Positions 1 through 7,755 of a stretch of 27,512 nucleotides of DNA are shown in pieces; position 1 is the first letter of the stretch, and each line of letters starts with the position of its first letter. The notes under the pieces were generated by a model that had not been told where the DNA came from, did no database searches, and saw only the letters and a program-made list of their open reading frames with translations. The translations under genes were made by a program, and so were the position numbers. The DNA is taken from positions 1-27,512 of the forward strand of contig JBGSNL010000051.1 of NCBI GenBank assembly GCA_041739675.1, in the 5' to 3' direction. The stretch comes from a bacterium. Its GTDB lineage: Bacteria > UBA10199 > 2-02-FULL-44-16 > DYJF01.

Positions 1-53
1 GAAAGACCGTGAAGGAGCTTTTGGGAGGGCTTGAAAGAAAATGTTCCGCATAA
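1..53 (+). CDS. 3' end of an upstream gene (partial), possibly FolK/HPPK
   Basis: Frame from position 3 reads [16 protein letters not shown] (TAA at 51-53) and overlaps the next ATG. 'KTVxELL' resembles HPPK C-termini, but only 16 residues are visible. Confidence 0.3.
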   Translation, partial: KTVKELLGGLERKCSA

Positions 54-274
54 TATCCACGTTGGTGATCTTATATTTGTTGTACGCACTCTTCCAAAGG
101 GCGCGCCGCAAGATTGCTGACTATAAAAGGTCAAATTTTGAAAAGGCGTCTCCAAACCGAGATCTTGTTCCGGGAGAGATGGTATCATGCGCAAAGTGTC
201 AGACTTTTATTTTGAAAAGCGATGCGATCGAAAAGCATGATAAATTTTACTGCAGCGAACGGTGCATGTCATAA
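41..274 (+). CDS. Small membrane-anchored protein with a C-terminal Cys cluster (PP0621/TRASH-like)
   Basis: N-terminal hydrophobic helix ([15 protein letters not shown]), then MVSCAKC...FYCSERC. GGAGG lies upstream of the ATG. Confidence 0.7.
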   Translation: MFRIISTLVILYLLYALFQRARRKIADYKRSNFEKASPNRDLVPGEMVSCAKCQTFILKSDAIEKHDKFYCSERCMS

Positions 275-285
275 AGGAGGGGGCC

Positions 286-930
286 ATGAAAATTTTTATC
301 GACACGGCAGATATCAAGGAGATTCGCGAGGCGAAAGCGATGGGCGTGATCGACGGCGTTACCACGAATCCTTCGCTCGTTGCCAAGACCGGGCGCGATT
401 TCAAAAGTGTCGTGAAGGATATTTTGGCGGAGATAGAAGGGCCGGTGAGTCTTGAGGTCACGAGCCTTGAGGCGAAGGGAATGGTGGATGAGGCGATGAA
501 GCTGGCCGATCTTTCAAAAAACGTCGTGGTGAAGATTCCAACGACCGCCGAGGGTTTGAAAGCCATCAAGACACTGAAGGACAAGGGGATCAAGACGAAC
601 GCGACGCTCTGTTTCTCGCCCAATCAGGCGCTTCTCGTTGCCAAGGCAGGCGCTTCCTACGTCAGCCCCTTCGTCGGTAGGTTGGACGACATCACTCATT
701 GCGGAATGGATCTCATAGCGGACATCGTACAAATTTACGAAAATTACGATTTCGAAACCGAAGTGATCGTTGCCTCGATAAGGCATCCTCTCCATGTCAG
801 GGAGGCGGCTCTTCTGGGCGCGGACGTGGCGACGATTCCGTTTTCGGTGATAAACCAGCTCATCAAACATCCGCTCTCGGATATCGGGATAGACAAGTTC
901 CTGAAGGACTGGGAAAAAGTGCCGAAGTAG
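286..930 (+). CDS. tal: Transaldolase (short TalC/FSA family)
   Basis: [18 protein letters not shown], Schiff-base Lys in [14 protein letters not shown]. Glu in VSLEV and Phe in SPF indicate transaldolase rather than F6P aldolase. Start moved to ATG 286 behind AAGGAGG. Confidence 0.93.
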   Translation: MKIFIDTADIKEIREAKAMGVIDGVTTNPSLVAKTGRDFKSVVKDILAEIEGPVSLEVTSLEAKGMVDEAMKLADLSKNVVVKIPTTAEGLKAIKTLKDKGIKTNATLCFSPNQALLVAKAGASYVSPFVGRLDDITHCGMDLIADIVQIYENYDFETEVIVASIRHPLHVREAALLGADVATIPFSVINQLIKHPLSDIGIDKFLKDWEKVPK

Positions 931-931
931 G

Positions 932-1522
932 TTAGAGAGGTTTTCGCTTCAGATTGAGAAGCACCTTTGTGCCTATTGCGCGAAGGACGTCGAACACGCC
1001 CTGGCCCGTCACCGCCACAGTTTCAAAATCATCTGAATTGTTCTGGTTGAGAAGATGCCTTATCTCCTCGACGGGGACGGCATTGGGAAGGTCGCGTTTG
1101 TTGTATTGAAGAACCATGGGAACCTGCTTCACGTCAAGGCCTTCGTTTTTAATTATCTCGCGAAGATTTGAAAGACTCTTCAGATTCTCCTCCATTTTCT
1201 GGAGCTGGGAATCGGCCATAAAAACAACACCGTCTACGCCCTTCGAAATCAGCTTTCTCGCCGCTGAGTAACCCACGTCACCCGGGACCGTGTAGAGGTG
1301 AAGCCTGATCGTGTAGCCTTTGAACTTTCCAAGCGAGAGCGGGACGAAATCGAAATACAATGTGCGGTCGTTATCCTGCGAGAGAGAGATCAGGTCGCCC
1401 TTCGCGTCCTCGCGAACCTGTTCGTAGATCGCGCGGAGCGTTGTGGACTTTCCGCAGAGCGGCGGCCCGTAGTAAACTACCTTGCAGTTGATCTCTTTTT
1501 GTTTTTCATTGATGAATGACAT
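932..1522 (-). CDS. mglA: MglA-family small Ras-like GTPase (variant; no adjacent mglB)
   Basis: MSFIN..EINCKVVYYGPPLCGKST, DRTLYFDF, LHLYTVPG, KGVDGVVFMADSQ and QYNKRD are colinear with Myxococcus MglA. Confidence 0.9.
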   Translation of the reverse strand: MSFINEKQKEINCKVVYYGPPLCGKSTTLRAIYEQVREDAKGDLISLSQDNDRTLYFDFVPLSLGKFKGYTIRLHLYTVPGDVGYSAARKLISKGVDGVVFMADSQLQKMEENLKSLSNLREIIKNEGLDVKQVPMVLQYNKRDLPNAVPVEEIRHLLNQNNSDDFETVAVTGQGVFDVLRAIGTKVLLNLKRKPL

Positions 1523-1528
1523 GGCGAT

Positions 1529-1558
1529 ATTCTATTGGGCTAACGCCGGGCTTGTCAA
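1529..1558 (-). promoter_or_regulatory. Sigma70-type promoter for mglA, probably leaderless
   Basis: Minus strand TTGACA(1558-1553)-N18-TAGAAT(1534-1529). The ATG follows 6 nt after the -10 box and there is no Shine-Dalgarno. Confidence 0.6.
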
Positions 1559-1567
1559 TCACTCAAT

Positions 1568-2293
1568 TTATGGGCGGCAGTTGATGCAGACGTCGAACCA
1601 GTCGGCCGGGAGATTCGCCTTCTTGCGGATGAACTCAAGCTGCTTTTTGGGGGCAATCTTCTGACCGCATTTTTTGCAGTGTGCCATCTCGAACTTCACC
1701 TTCCACTCCGGAAAGGTGCGGTAATTTTCATCCTCTTCCATCTTTATGTAATTTGTGGGGCAGATGTATGAGCACGATCCGCAGCCGATGCAATCGCCCG
1801 CTTCATCGAAGAACGGGGATGATATCTTGCGCGTGGGGCCCCTTCCGGCAAATGAAATGGCGTTTGCCTCAACGACCTCGGAGCACGCCCTGATGCACAT
1901 GCCGCAGAGCGTACAGCCTTCGTCCTTTTTCGGGAACCTGACCTTGTCAACCTCTACGCCGATCCTCTTTGCGACATCGATTATTTCGGGAGTATGCGAG
2001 GAACGAGCGAGCGTTAATTCCATTATCATCCTTCTCTGCCTTAAAACCTTGTCCGAGTTTGTCTTAAAGACCTGGCCGTCTTTCACCGGAAAGTTGCAGG
2101 AGGTGACGATCTTCGACCAGTCGCCGCGATCCCACTCGACGATGCAGAGCCTGCACACGCCGTAGGGTTTCAAATCGTGATGATCGCAGAGAGTAGGAAC
2201 CGGGATGAACTCCCTGCGGCAGATATCGAGTAAGCTCTCTTCCGCTTCGGCCTGAACCTTCTTCCCGTCGATTGTGATCGTAACCTTGGACAT
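1568..2293 (-). CDS. Fe-S subunit resembling the NuoG/HydA N-terminus (BfuA/HoxU/BamI-like), without a catalytic domain
   Basis: [2Fe-2S] ligands in PTLC...GVCRLC...TSC, two [4Fe-4S] motifs (CTLCGMCIRAC, CIGCGSCSYICP), C-terminal CKKC...CINC. Only 241 aa. Confidence 0.85.
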   Translation of the reverse strand: MSKVTITIDGKKVQAEAEESLLDICRREFIPVPTLCDHHDLKPYGVCRLCIVEWDRGDWSKIVTSCNFPVKDGQVFKTNSDKVLRQRRMIMELTLARSSHTPEIIDVAKRIGVEVDKVRFPKKDEGCTLCGMCIRACSEVVEANAISFAGRGPTRKISSPFFDEAGDCIGCGSCSYICPTNYIKMEEDENYRTFPEWKVKFEMAHCKKCGQKIAPKKQLEFIRKKANLPADWFDVCINCRP

Positions 2294-2294
2294 A

Positions 2295-4190
2295 TCACTT
2301 CACCTTTATAGCGTCGTATTTGCAGTTTTCAAAACAGAGATTACACCTGATGCACTTCTTGTCGATAATCTGGTGCATCTTTAGTTTCGGATTGGTTTTG
2401 CCCTTTATGGGGGCCGTGGCCTGCTTCTCGGTGGCGACCGCAGCCTCGGTCGGGCATACGCGCGTGCACGCCATGCAGCCCGTACAATTTTTGTCGATCA
2501 CCGAATAGGTGATGAGTTTTTTGCAGACCTTGGCGGGGCAGCGTTTTTCCTTTATGTGCGCCTCATATTCGTCGCGAAAATATTTGATCGTGGAGAGAAC
2601 AGGGTTGGGTGCGGTGCCGCCTAAAGCGCAAAGCGAGGAATCGAAAATCGTTTCCGCCATCTCTTCCAAAAGCTCTATATCGCCCTCGCGCCCCTCGCCG
2701 TTCGTTATGCGGTTCAAGATCCAGAGCATATGCGCCACGCCCTCGCGGCACGGAACGCATTTTCCGCAGGATTCCTCCGTCAGGAATTCCGTGAAGTAGC
2801 GGGCGACGTCCACCATGCAGGTGTCTTCGTCCATCACGATAAGACCGCCCGACCCCATCATTGAGCCGGCCTTCGTGAGCTCGTCGAAATCGACGTGAAG
2901 ATCGAGCTGGCTCTCCGGCAAACATCCGCCGGACGGGCCGCCTGTCTGCACCGCCTTGAACTTTTTCCCGTCGGGAATTCCGCCGCCGATGTCGAAGATT
3001 ATTTCGCGGAGCTTGACTCCCATCGGGACCTCGACGAGGCCGGTGTTATTTATCTTTCCGACCAGCGAGAAGATCTTGGTCCCTTTGCTGCCCGCGGTTC
3101 CTATCGATGCGAACCAGTCAGATCCCTTATTAATGATGTGGGGAACATTCGCCCACGTCTCGACGTTGTTGAGGCACGATGGTTTGTTCCACAGACCCTG
3201 CTCGGCGGTGTGTATGTATTTTGCCCGCGGCTCGCCGATTTTTCCTTCAAGCGACGCCATAAGGGCGGTCGATTCGCCGCATACGAACGCGCCGCCTCCG
3301 CGGCATATCGTGATATCGAAATCGAATCCGGAGCCCAAAATGTTTTTGCCAAGAAGACCCAACTCGCGAGCCTGCTTCAAGGCGATGCGCGCGTTTTTCA
3401 CCGCGAGGGGATATTCGTTGCGGACATATATGTATCCCTCATTGGCGCCGATGGCGTACGCGCCTACGATCATCCCTTCGAGGACGCTGTGGGGATTTCC
3501 TTCAAGCAAAGAGCGGTCCATGTATGCGCCCGGATCGCCTTCGTCCGCGTTGCAGATGACGTAGCGGGTTTCTCCCGGCTGCGCCTTTCTCACCGTTTCC
3601 CATTTTCTGGCGGTCAAAAATCCGCCGCCGCCGCGCCCCCTCAAACCCGCCTTTTTCACCTCATCTACGATTGCTTCGGGTTTCATGGCCAGGGCCTTGG
3701 GAAGGGAGGCGTATCCACCCGCCGCAAGGTAGTCTTCAACTGAAACCGGATCGGTCAGTTTGTTGGCGGAAAGCAGAAGCTTGTTCTGTTTGCGATAGAA
3801 TGGGATTTCGTTTTCCTTAAGGATCTTGTTTCCGGCATCGTCCGTGAAAAGGAGGTGCTCGGCCGGTTTGCCCGAAAGTGCCGACGCGACGATATCTTTT
3901 GCATCGGAGGGCTTGACCATCTGGTACCAGAAGCCCATGGGTTCTATGATGACGATCGGTTCACGCTGGCAGAATCCATGGCAGCCGGTGTATTTAACTG
4001 TGAGCTTGGCATTCTCTTTCTTGGCCAGCTCGCTTATGGCGTCAAAAATCTTGTTGCTCTCGCGCGCCTCGCCGCACGTTCCGCCCGCAACGACTATCGT
4101 CGTTGCGTTGGCGTCGCGGTCCTTCAGAATGGATTTCCGCAGAGAATCAAGGTCGGCGAAGTTATTAAGTTTTGCGAGTTTGGCTACCAT
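2295..4190 (-). CDS. NADH/FMN-binding subunit, long NuoF/HydB(BfuB) type
   Basis: GLRGRGGGGF, CNADEGDPGAYMDR, GAFVCGESTAL, QTGGPSGG, ESCGKCVPCREG, SLCALG, AHI..KRCPAKVC; N-terminal thioredoxin-like domain (GCHGFC); C-terminal 2x[4Fe-4S] ferredoxin domain. Confidence 0.92.
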   Translation of the reverse strand: MVAKLAKLNNFADLDSLRKSILKDRDANATTIVVAGGTCGEARESNKIFDAISELAKKENAKLTVKYTGCHGFCQREPIVIIEPMGFWYQMVKPSDAKDIVASALSGKPAEHLLFTDDAGNKILKENEIPFYRKQNKLLLSANKLTDPVSVEDYLAAGGYASLPKALAMKPEAIVDEVKKAGLRGRGGGGFLTARKWETVRKAQPGETRYVICNADEGDPGAYMDRSLLEGNPHSVLEGMIVGAYAIGANEGYIYVRNEYPLAVKNARIALKQARELGLLGKNILGSGFDFDITICRGGGAFVCGESTALMASLEGKIGEPRAKYIHTAEQGLWNKPSCLNNVETWANVPHIINKGSDWFASIGTAGSKGTKIFSLVGKINNTGLVEVPMGVKLREIIFDIGGGIPDGKKFKAVQTGGPSGGCLPESQLDLHVDFDELTKAGSMMGSGGLIVMDEDTCMVDVARYFTEFLTEESCGKCVPCREGVAHMLWILNRITNGEGREGDIELLEEMAETIFDSSLCALGGTAPNPVLSTIKYFRDEYEAHIKEKRCPAKVCKKLITYSVIDKNCTGCMACTRVCPTEAAVATEKQATAPIKGKTNPKLKMHQIIDKKCIRCNLCFENCKYDAIKVK

Positions 4191-4200
4191 CTCTTACCCT

Positions 4201-4674
4201 TTAATCTTTTTTTACGTTATGCGCTTTTTTGCCGGGCAGAATCGTTTTCAATTTTGTTGAAGTCATGTGCCCGTGATATTCGCCGTCGACGACTACGATC
4301 GGACCCAACGCGCAGGCGCCGAGGCAGTTGACCGTCTCAAGCGTCACTTCCTTGTCCTTTGTCGTCTTGCCGGCGGGAACATCGAGCTCTCTCTCTATCT
4401 CCTCCAGAACGCGCCTGGCTCCGCGTACGTGGCAGGCCGTTCCCATGCACACGCTAACTTCATGCTTGCCGCGCGGTTCAAGCGAGAACGCGCGGAAGAA
4501 AGTGGCGACCGAGAAGACCTGCGAAAGCGGGACGTTCAGGAGTTCGGCGACCTTCTCAAGCGGATGCTTTGGAAGATAACGAAACTCCGTCTGCACATCC
4601 TGAAGGATGCCGATGAGCTGTCCCGGATTCGTGTCGTGGTTTTTTACAATTTGTTCAACTTTTGAAAGGTCCAT
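4201..4674 (-). CDS. NuoE/HydC(BfuC)-like [2Fe-2S] subunit
   Basis: LIGILQDVQ..YLP, VATFF, VCMGTACHVRGA, VNCLGACALGP. Confidence 0.92.
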   Translation of the reverse strand: MDLSKVEQIVKNHDTNPGQLIGILQDVQTEFRYLPKHPLEKVAELLNVPLSQVFSVATFFRAFSLEPRGKHEVSVCMGTACHVRGARRVLEEIERELDVPAGKTTKDKEVTLETVNCLGACALGPIVVVDGEYHGHMTSTKLKTILPGKKAHNVKKD

Positions 4675-4677
4675 AAA

Positions 4678-5613
4678 CTATTTTGCCGATGCGCGGCACA
4701 TTTCCTTTATTTTCTCGTATTCCTCGATCACGTGTTTTTGTATATATTCGACGTCATTTTCTTTCAGATGTTTGAAGCGGCCCTGCGCCTTGAAATATTC
4801 CGCCACAGGAATCGGATTTTCAACTTCCATGGAGAGTGTCCACTTCCCGTTTTCAATTTCATAGAGAGGGAAGACGTTGCTCAGAACCGCCAGCCTTCCT
4901 ACTCTTATCGCTGTGTCGGTGGGGGAGCGCCAGCCCGTGGGGCACGCCGCGAAAATATGGAGATATGCCGGTCCGTCGACTGCGACCGCTTTTTTCACCT
5001 TATTCATCAGATCGAACGGATAGCTGGGACAGGCTGTCGCGATGTAAGGAACTCCGTGCGCCGCGACTATTCTCGGCATGTTTTTCTTCCACGTGCGCTG
5101 TCCGATACTCTTTGGACCGGCAGGGGAAGTCGTTGTCGTCGCTCCGTAAGGCGTGGAACCGGAACGCTGGATGCCGGTGTTCATGTACGCTTCGTTGTCG
5201 TAGCAGACGTAGAGAACGTTGTGACCGCGCTCTAACATGCCCGAAAGGGCCTGAAAACCGATGTCGGCTGTTCCGCCGTCGCCACCCATCGCAACGACTT
5301 TCGTTCTTCGATCTGAAGGGTAGCGCCCCTTGCGCTTCAAAACCTTGAGGCCCGATTCGACGCCCGATGCAACCGCCGCGGTGTTTTCAAAAAGCGTGTG
5401 TATCCACGGAATGTCCCAGTTGGTGTTGGGATAACCCGACGATATGATCTCAAGGCAGCCGGTCGCGTTGACGACGATGACGTCTTTTCCCAGCGCCTTT
5501 GCAACCTGGCGGACGGCCAGCGCCTCGCAGCAGCCTACACATCCGCGGTGTCCCGGCGTGAAGGGCTCGCCTTTCTCTACAAGTCTTGATGCATATACCG
5601 AAAAATTTTCCAT
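4678..5613 (-). CDS. porB: Pyruvate/2-oxoacid:ferredoxin oxidoreductase beta subunit
   Basis: PGHRGCVGC, NATGCLE, FENTAAVASG, TPP-binding GGDGGTADIG...YDNEAYMNTGIQRS, CPTGW. Confidence 0.92.
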   Translation of the reverse strand: MENFSVYASRLVEKGEPFTPGHRGCVGCCEALAVRQVAKALGKDVIVVNATGCLEIISSGYPNTNWDIPWIHTLFENTAAVASGVESGLKVLKRKGRYPSDRRTKVVAMGGDGGTADIGFQALSGMLERGHNVLYVCYDNEAYMNTGIQRSGSTPYGATTTTSPAGPKSIGQRTWKKNMPRIVAAHGVPYIATACPSYPFDLMNKVKKAVAVDGPAYLHIFAACPTGWRSPTDTAIRVGRLAVLSNVFPLYEIENGKWTLSMEVENPIPVAEYFKAQGRFKHLKENDVEYIQKHVIEEYEKIKEMCRASAK

Positions 5614-5614
5614 T

Positions 5615-6790
5615 TTATTCTCTTACTCCCAGCATCTCGTAAGGGCCTTCCTGCCCTTTGTCTGCAACTTCGATTCCGTGGCGGATCATCTCGACAAACT
5701 GTTCAGGCAGAATATCACGGCCGCCCAGTCCCGCGATGAAGCTTGCGACCTTCGGTGCGCCGGGCACTCCGTAAAGCGCGCTTTTCACCTCTGATGCAAC
5801 CGGGCCGCCTGGCCCGCCCGAAGACAACGCGCGGTCGAGGATGATGAGGCGCTTCGCACCCTTCACCGCTTCTTTCAATTCTTCAAACGGGAAGGGGCGC
5901 CACAAGCGGAGCCTTATCTGGCCGACCTTTTCGCCCTGTTTTCTGAGTTCGCTTATAGCAAGCGATGCGGTCTGGGAGAAACTCCCCATTGTGAGAAGGA
6001 GCGTCTCCGCGCCGTCTGTCATGTATTTTTCGACCGCATTGTATTTTCTTCCAAAAATCTTTGCGAATTCATCCCACGTCTCTTTTATGATAGGGCGCGT
6101 GTTCTCGAAATCGACTTCCTGCGATTTTTTAATTTCGGTGTAGAATTGCGGGATGGCGAAAGCGCCCATGGTCACAGGCTGCTTGGGGTTGAGCGGTGTC
6201 GGAAAATCAATGGGTGGCAGGAACCGGTCCACTTCCTCCTGAGAGGGAAGCTCTATGGGTTCCACGACGTGCGTCAGATGGAAGCCGTCCATGTTGACCA
6301 TCACGGGGAAGAGAACGCGTTTGTCCTCCGCGAGACGGAACGCCCAGAGCGTCAGATCGAAAGCATCCTGTCCTTTTTCGCAGAAGACCTGAATCCATCC
6401 GGTGTCGCGGACCGCCATGACATCGGAATGATCTCCCCAGACCGAAAGGGGAGACGAAAGCGCGCGGTTGGCGACCGCCATAACTATAGGAAGCCGCATC
6501 GATGCCGCGACGTAGACCACCTCGTGCATGAGCTCAAGGCCCTGGCCCGCAGTTGACGTGAATGTGCGGGCGCCGACCGCGGACGATCCCAGGCACGCGC
6601 TCATCGCCGAATGTTCCGATTCGACGCAGACATACTCCGCATCCAGATGGCCCTCGGCGATTATCTCTGCCAGGCTCTCCACTATGTGGGTCTGCGGCGT
6701 GATGGGGTAGGCGGCAACGACATCGACTTTGGCCATTTTCACGGCCTCAGAAACCGCCAGCGAAACTTCAATTCCGACTCTCTTGCTCAT
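5615..6790 (-). CDS. porA: Pyruvate/2-oxoacid:ferredoxin oxidoreductase alpha subunit
   Basis: AAYPITPQT, VESEHSAMSAC, TAGQGL, ANRALS, DGFHLTH, RLWRPFP, GLGGRD. Start moved to ATG 6790, which overlaps the porD stop as ATGA. Confidence 0.92.
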   Translation of the reverse strand: MSKRVGIEVSLAVSEAVKMAKVDVVAAYPITPQTHIVESLAEIIAEGHLDAEYVCVESEHSAMSACLGSSAVGARTFTSTAGQGLELMHEVVYVAASMRLPIVMAVANRALSSPLSVWGDHSDVMAVRDTGWIQVFCEKGQDAFDLTLWAFRLAEDKRVLFPVMVNMDGFHLTHVVEPIELPSQEEVDRFLPPIDFPTPLNPKQPVTMGAFAIPQFYTEIKKSQEVDFENTRPIIKETWDEFAKIFGRKYNAVEKYMTDGAETLLLTMGSFSQTASLAISELRKQGEKVGQIRLRLWRPFPFEELKEAVKGAKRLIILDRALSSGGPGGPVASEVKSALYGVPGAPKVASFIAGLGGRDILPEQFVEMIRHGIEVADKGQEGPYEMLGVRE

Positions 6791-7086
6791 TTCTTTTTCT
6801 CTTCTTTTCCTTCGGGAACCATTGTGAACGCGCCGGTTATGCACTCGCGCGCGCAAATTCCGCAACCCTTGCAATAGTATTCGTCAATTTCAATGAATCC
6901 GTCAGGTTTTATCTTTATCGCCGCATCGGGGCAATAAAGGTAACAGACTCCGCACTTGATGCAGCGGTTCTGGTCATAGACGGGATGCTGCGAGCGCCAG
7001 TCGCCGGTCTTGTATTCGCGTGCGGACCCCGGCCGCTTGATGATCGCGCCCTTCTCGACGTCTTTCCATGTATCTTTCTTCGCCAT
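6787..7086 (-). CDS. porD: 2-oxoacid:ferredoxin oxidoreductase delta subunit (2x[4Fe-4S])
   Basis: KTGDWRSQHP, CIKCGVCYLYCPD, YYCKGCGICAREC. Confidence 0.92.
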   Translation of the reverse strand: MAKKDTWKDVEKGAIIKRPGSAREYKTGDWRSQHPVYDQNRCIKCGVCYLYCPDAAIKIKPDGFIEIDEYYCKGCGICARECITGAFTMVPEGKEEKKK

Positions 7087-7088
7087 AA

Positions 7089-7637
7089 TTATGAAATTTT
7101 CGTCTGCTCGAACGCTTTTTTGAGCGCGCTTACGTTTCTCTCTGCGAGTTTGGGATTGAACCTCTTTGTTATCTGCGTCTCAACCGCGTTCACAGGAACT
7201 AGATCGCGCACCTTGAGAAGCGCCCCGATCATGGTTGTATTCGTGATCGGAACCTTGAGTATCTCCATCGCGATTGTGAGTGCATCGACGATTGCGAGTT
7301 TGCCCGTGAATTTTGTGTGCTCGCGGACTTCGGCTTCGGTCATCCTGGTGTTGACAACTACAAGTCCGTTATTCTTTATGCCGTGGGTAACGTCCATGAT
7401 GCGGACGAGCGAATCGTCCAAAACGACGACGATATCCGGCTGGGTCACTTCTGCGCGGACAAGGATAGGTTCCTCGGAGACGCGAAGATAGGCAACGACT
7501 GGGGCGCCGCGGCGCTCCGGCCCGAAGGAGGGCATCGACTGCGCGTACTTTCCCTCTTCTATCGCGGCCAAAGCGATAAGCTCGGCGCATGTGACAGCAC
7601 CCTGACCTCCGCGACCATGGAATCTAACTTCTATCAT
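7089..7637 (-). CDS. porC: 2-oxoacid:ferredoxin oxidoreductase gamma subunit
   Basis: MIEVRFHGRGGQGAVT, PSFGPERRGAPV, PITNTTMIGA. Start moved to ATG 7637, since the TTG at 7679 is more likely part of a TTGACT -35 box. Confidence 0.92.
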   Translation of the reverse strand: MIEVRFHGRGGQGAVTCAELIALAAIEEGKYAQSMPSFGPERRGAPVVAYLRVSEEPILVRAEVTQPDIVVVLDDSLVRIMDVTHGIKNNGLVVVNTRMTEAEVREHTKFTGKLAIVDALTIAMEILKVPITNTTMIGALLKVRDLVPVNAVETQITKRFNPKLAERNVSALKKAFEQTKIS

Positions 7638-7755
7638 AAAACGGGCGGCATCTTTCGCTGTTTGGGGCTTAAAAGTCAAGGGGAAATCCCAACTTTTCCC
7701 AAGGAAAATCCAGACGTTGCCAACGATTCAAATCAATTGAGGATTCTGGAATACA

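Noticed and set aside
2895..3743. Long antisense or alternative-frame ORFs (also 13238-13903, 7317-7901, 11919-12410 and others)
   Set aside because: These are shadow ORFs of well-supported genes, with no motifs or RBS.
1568..4674. Respiratory complex I, [FeFe]-hydrogenase or formate dehydrogenase
   Set aside because: There are no membrane nuo genes, H-cluster motifs or molybdopterin domain. Only the diaphorase-like module is present.
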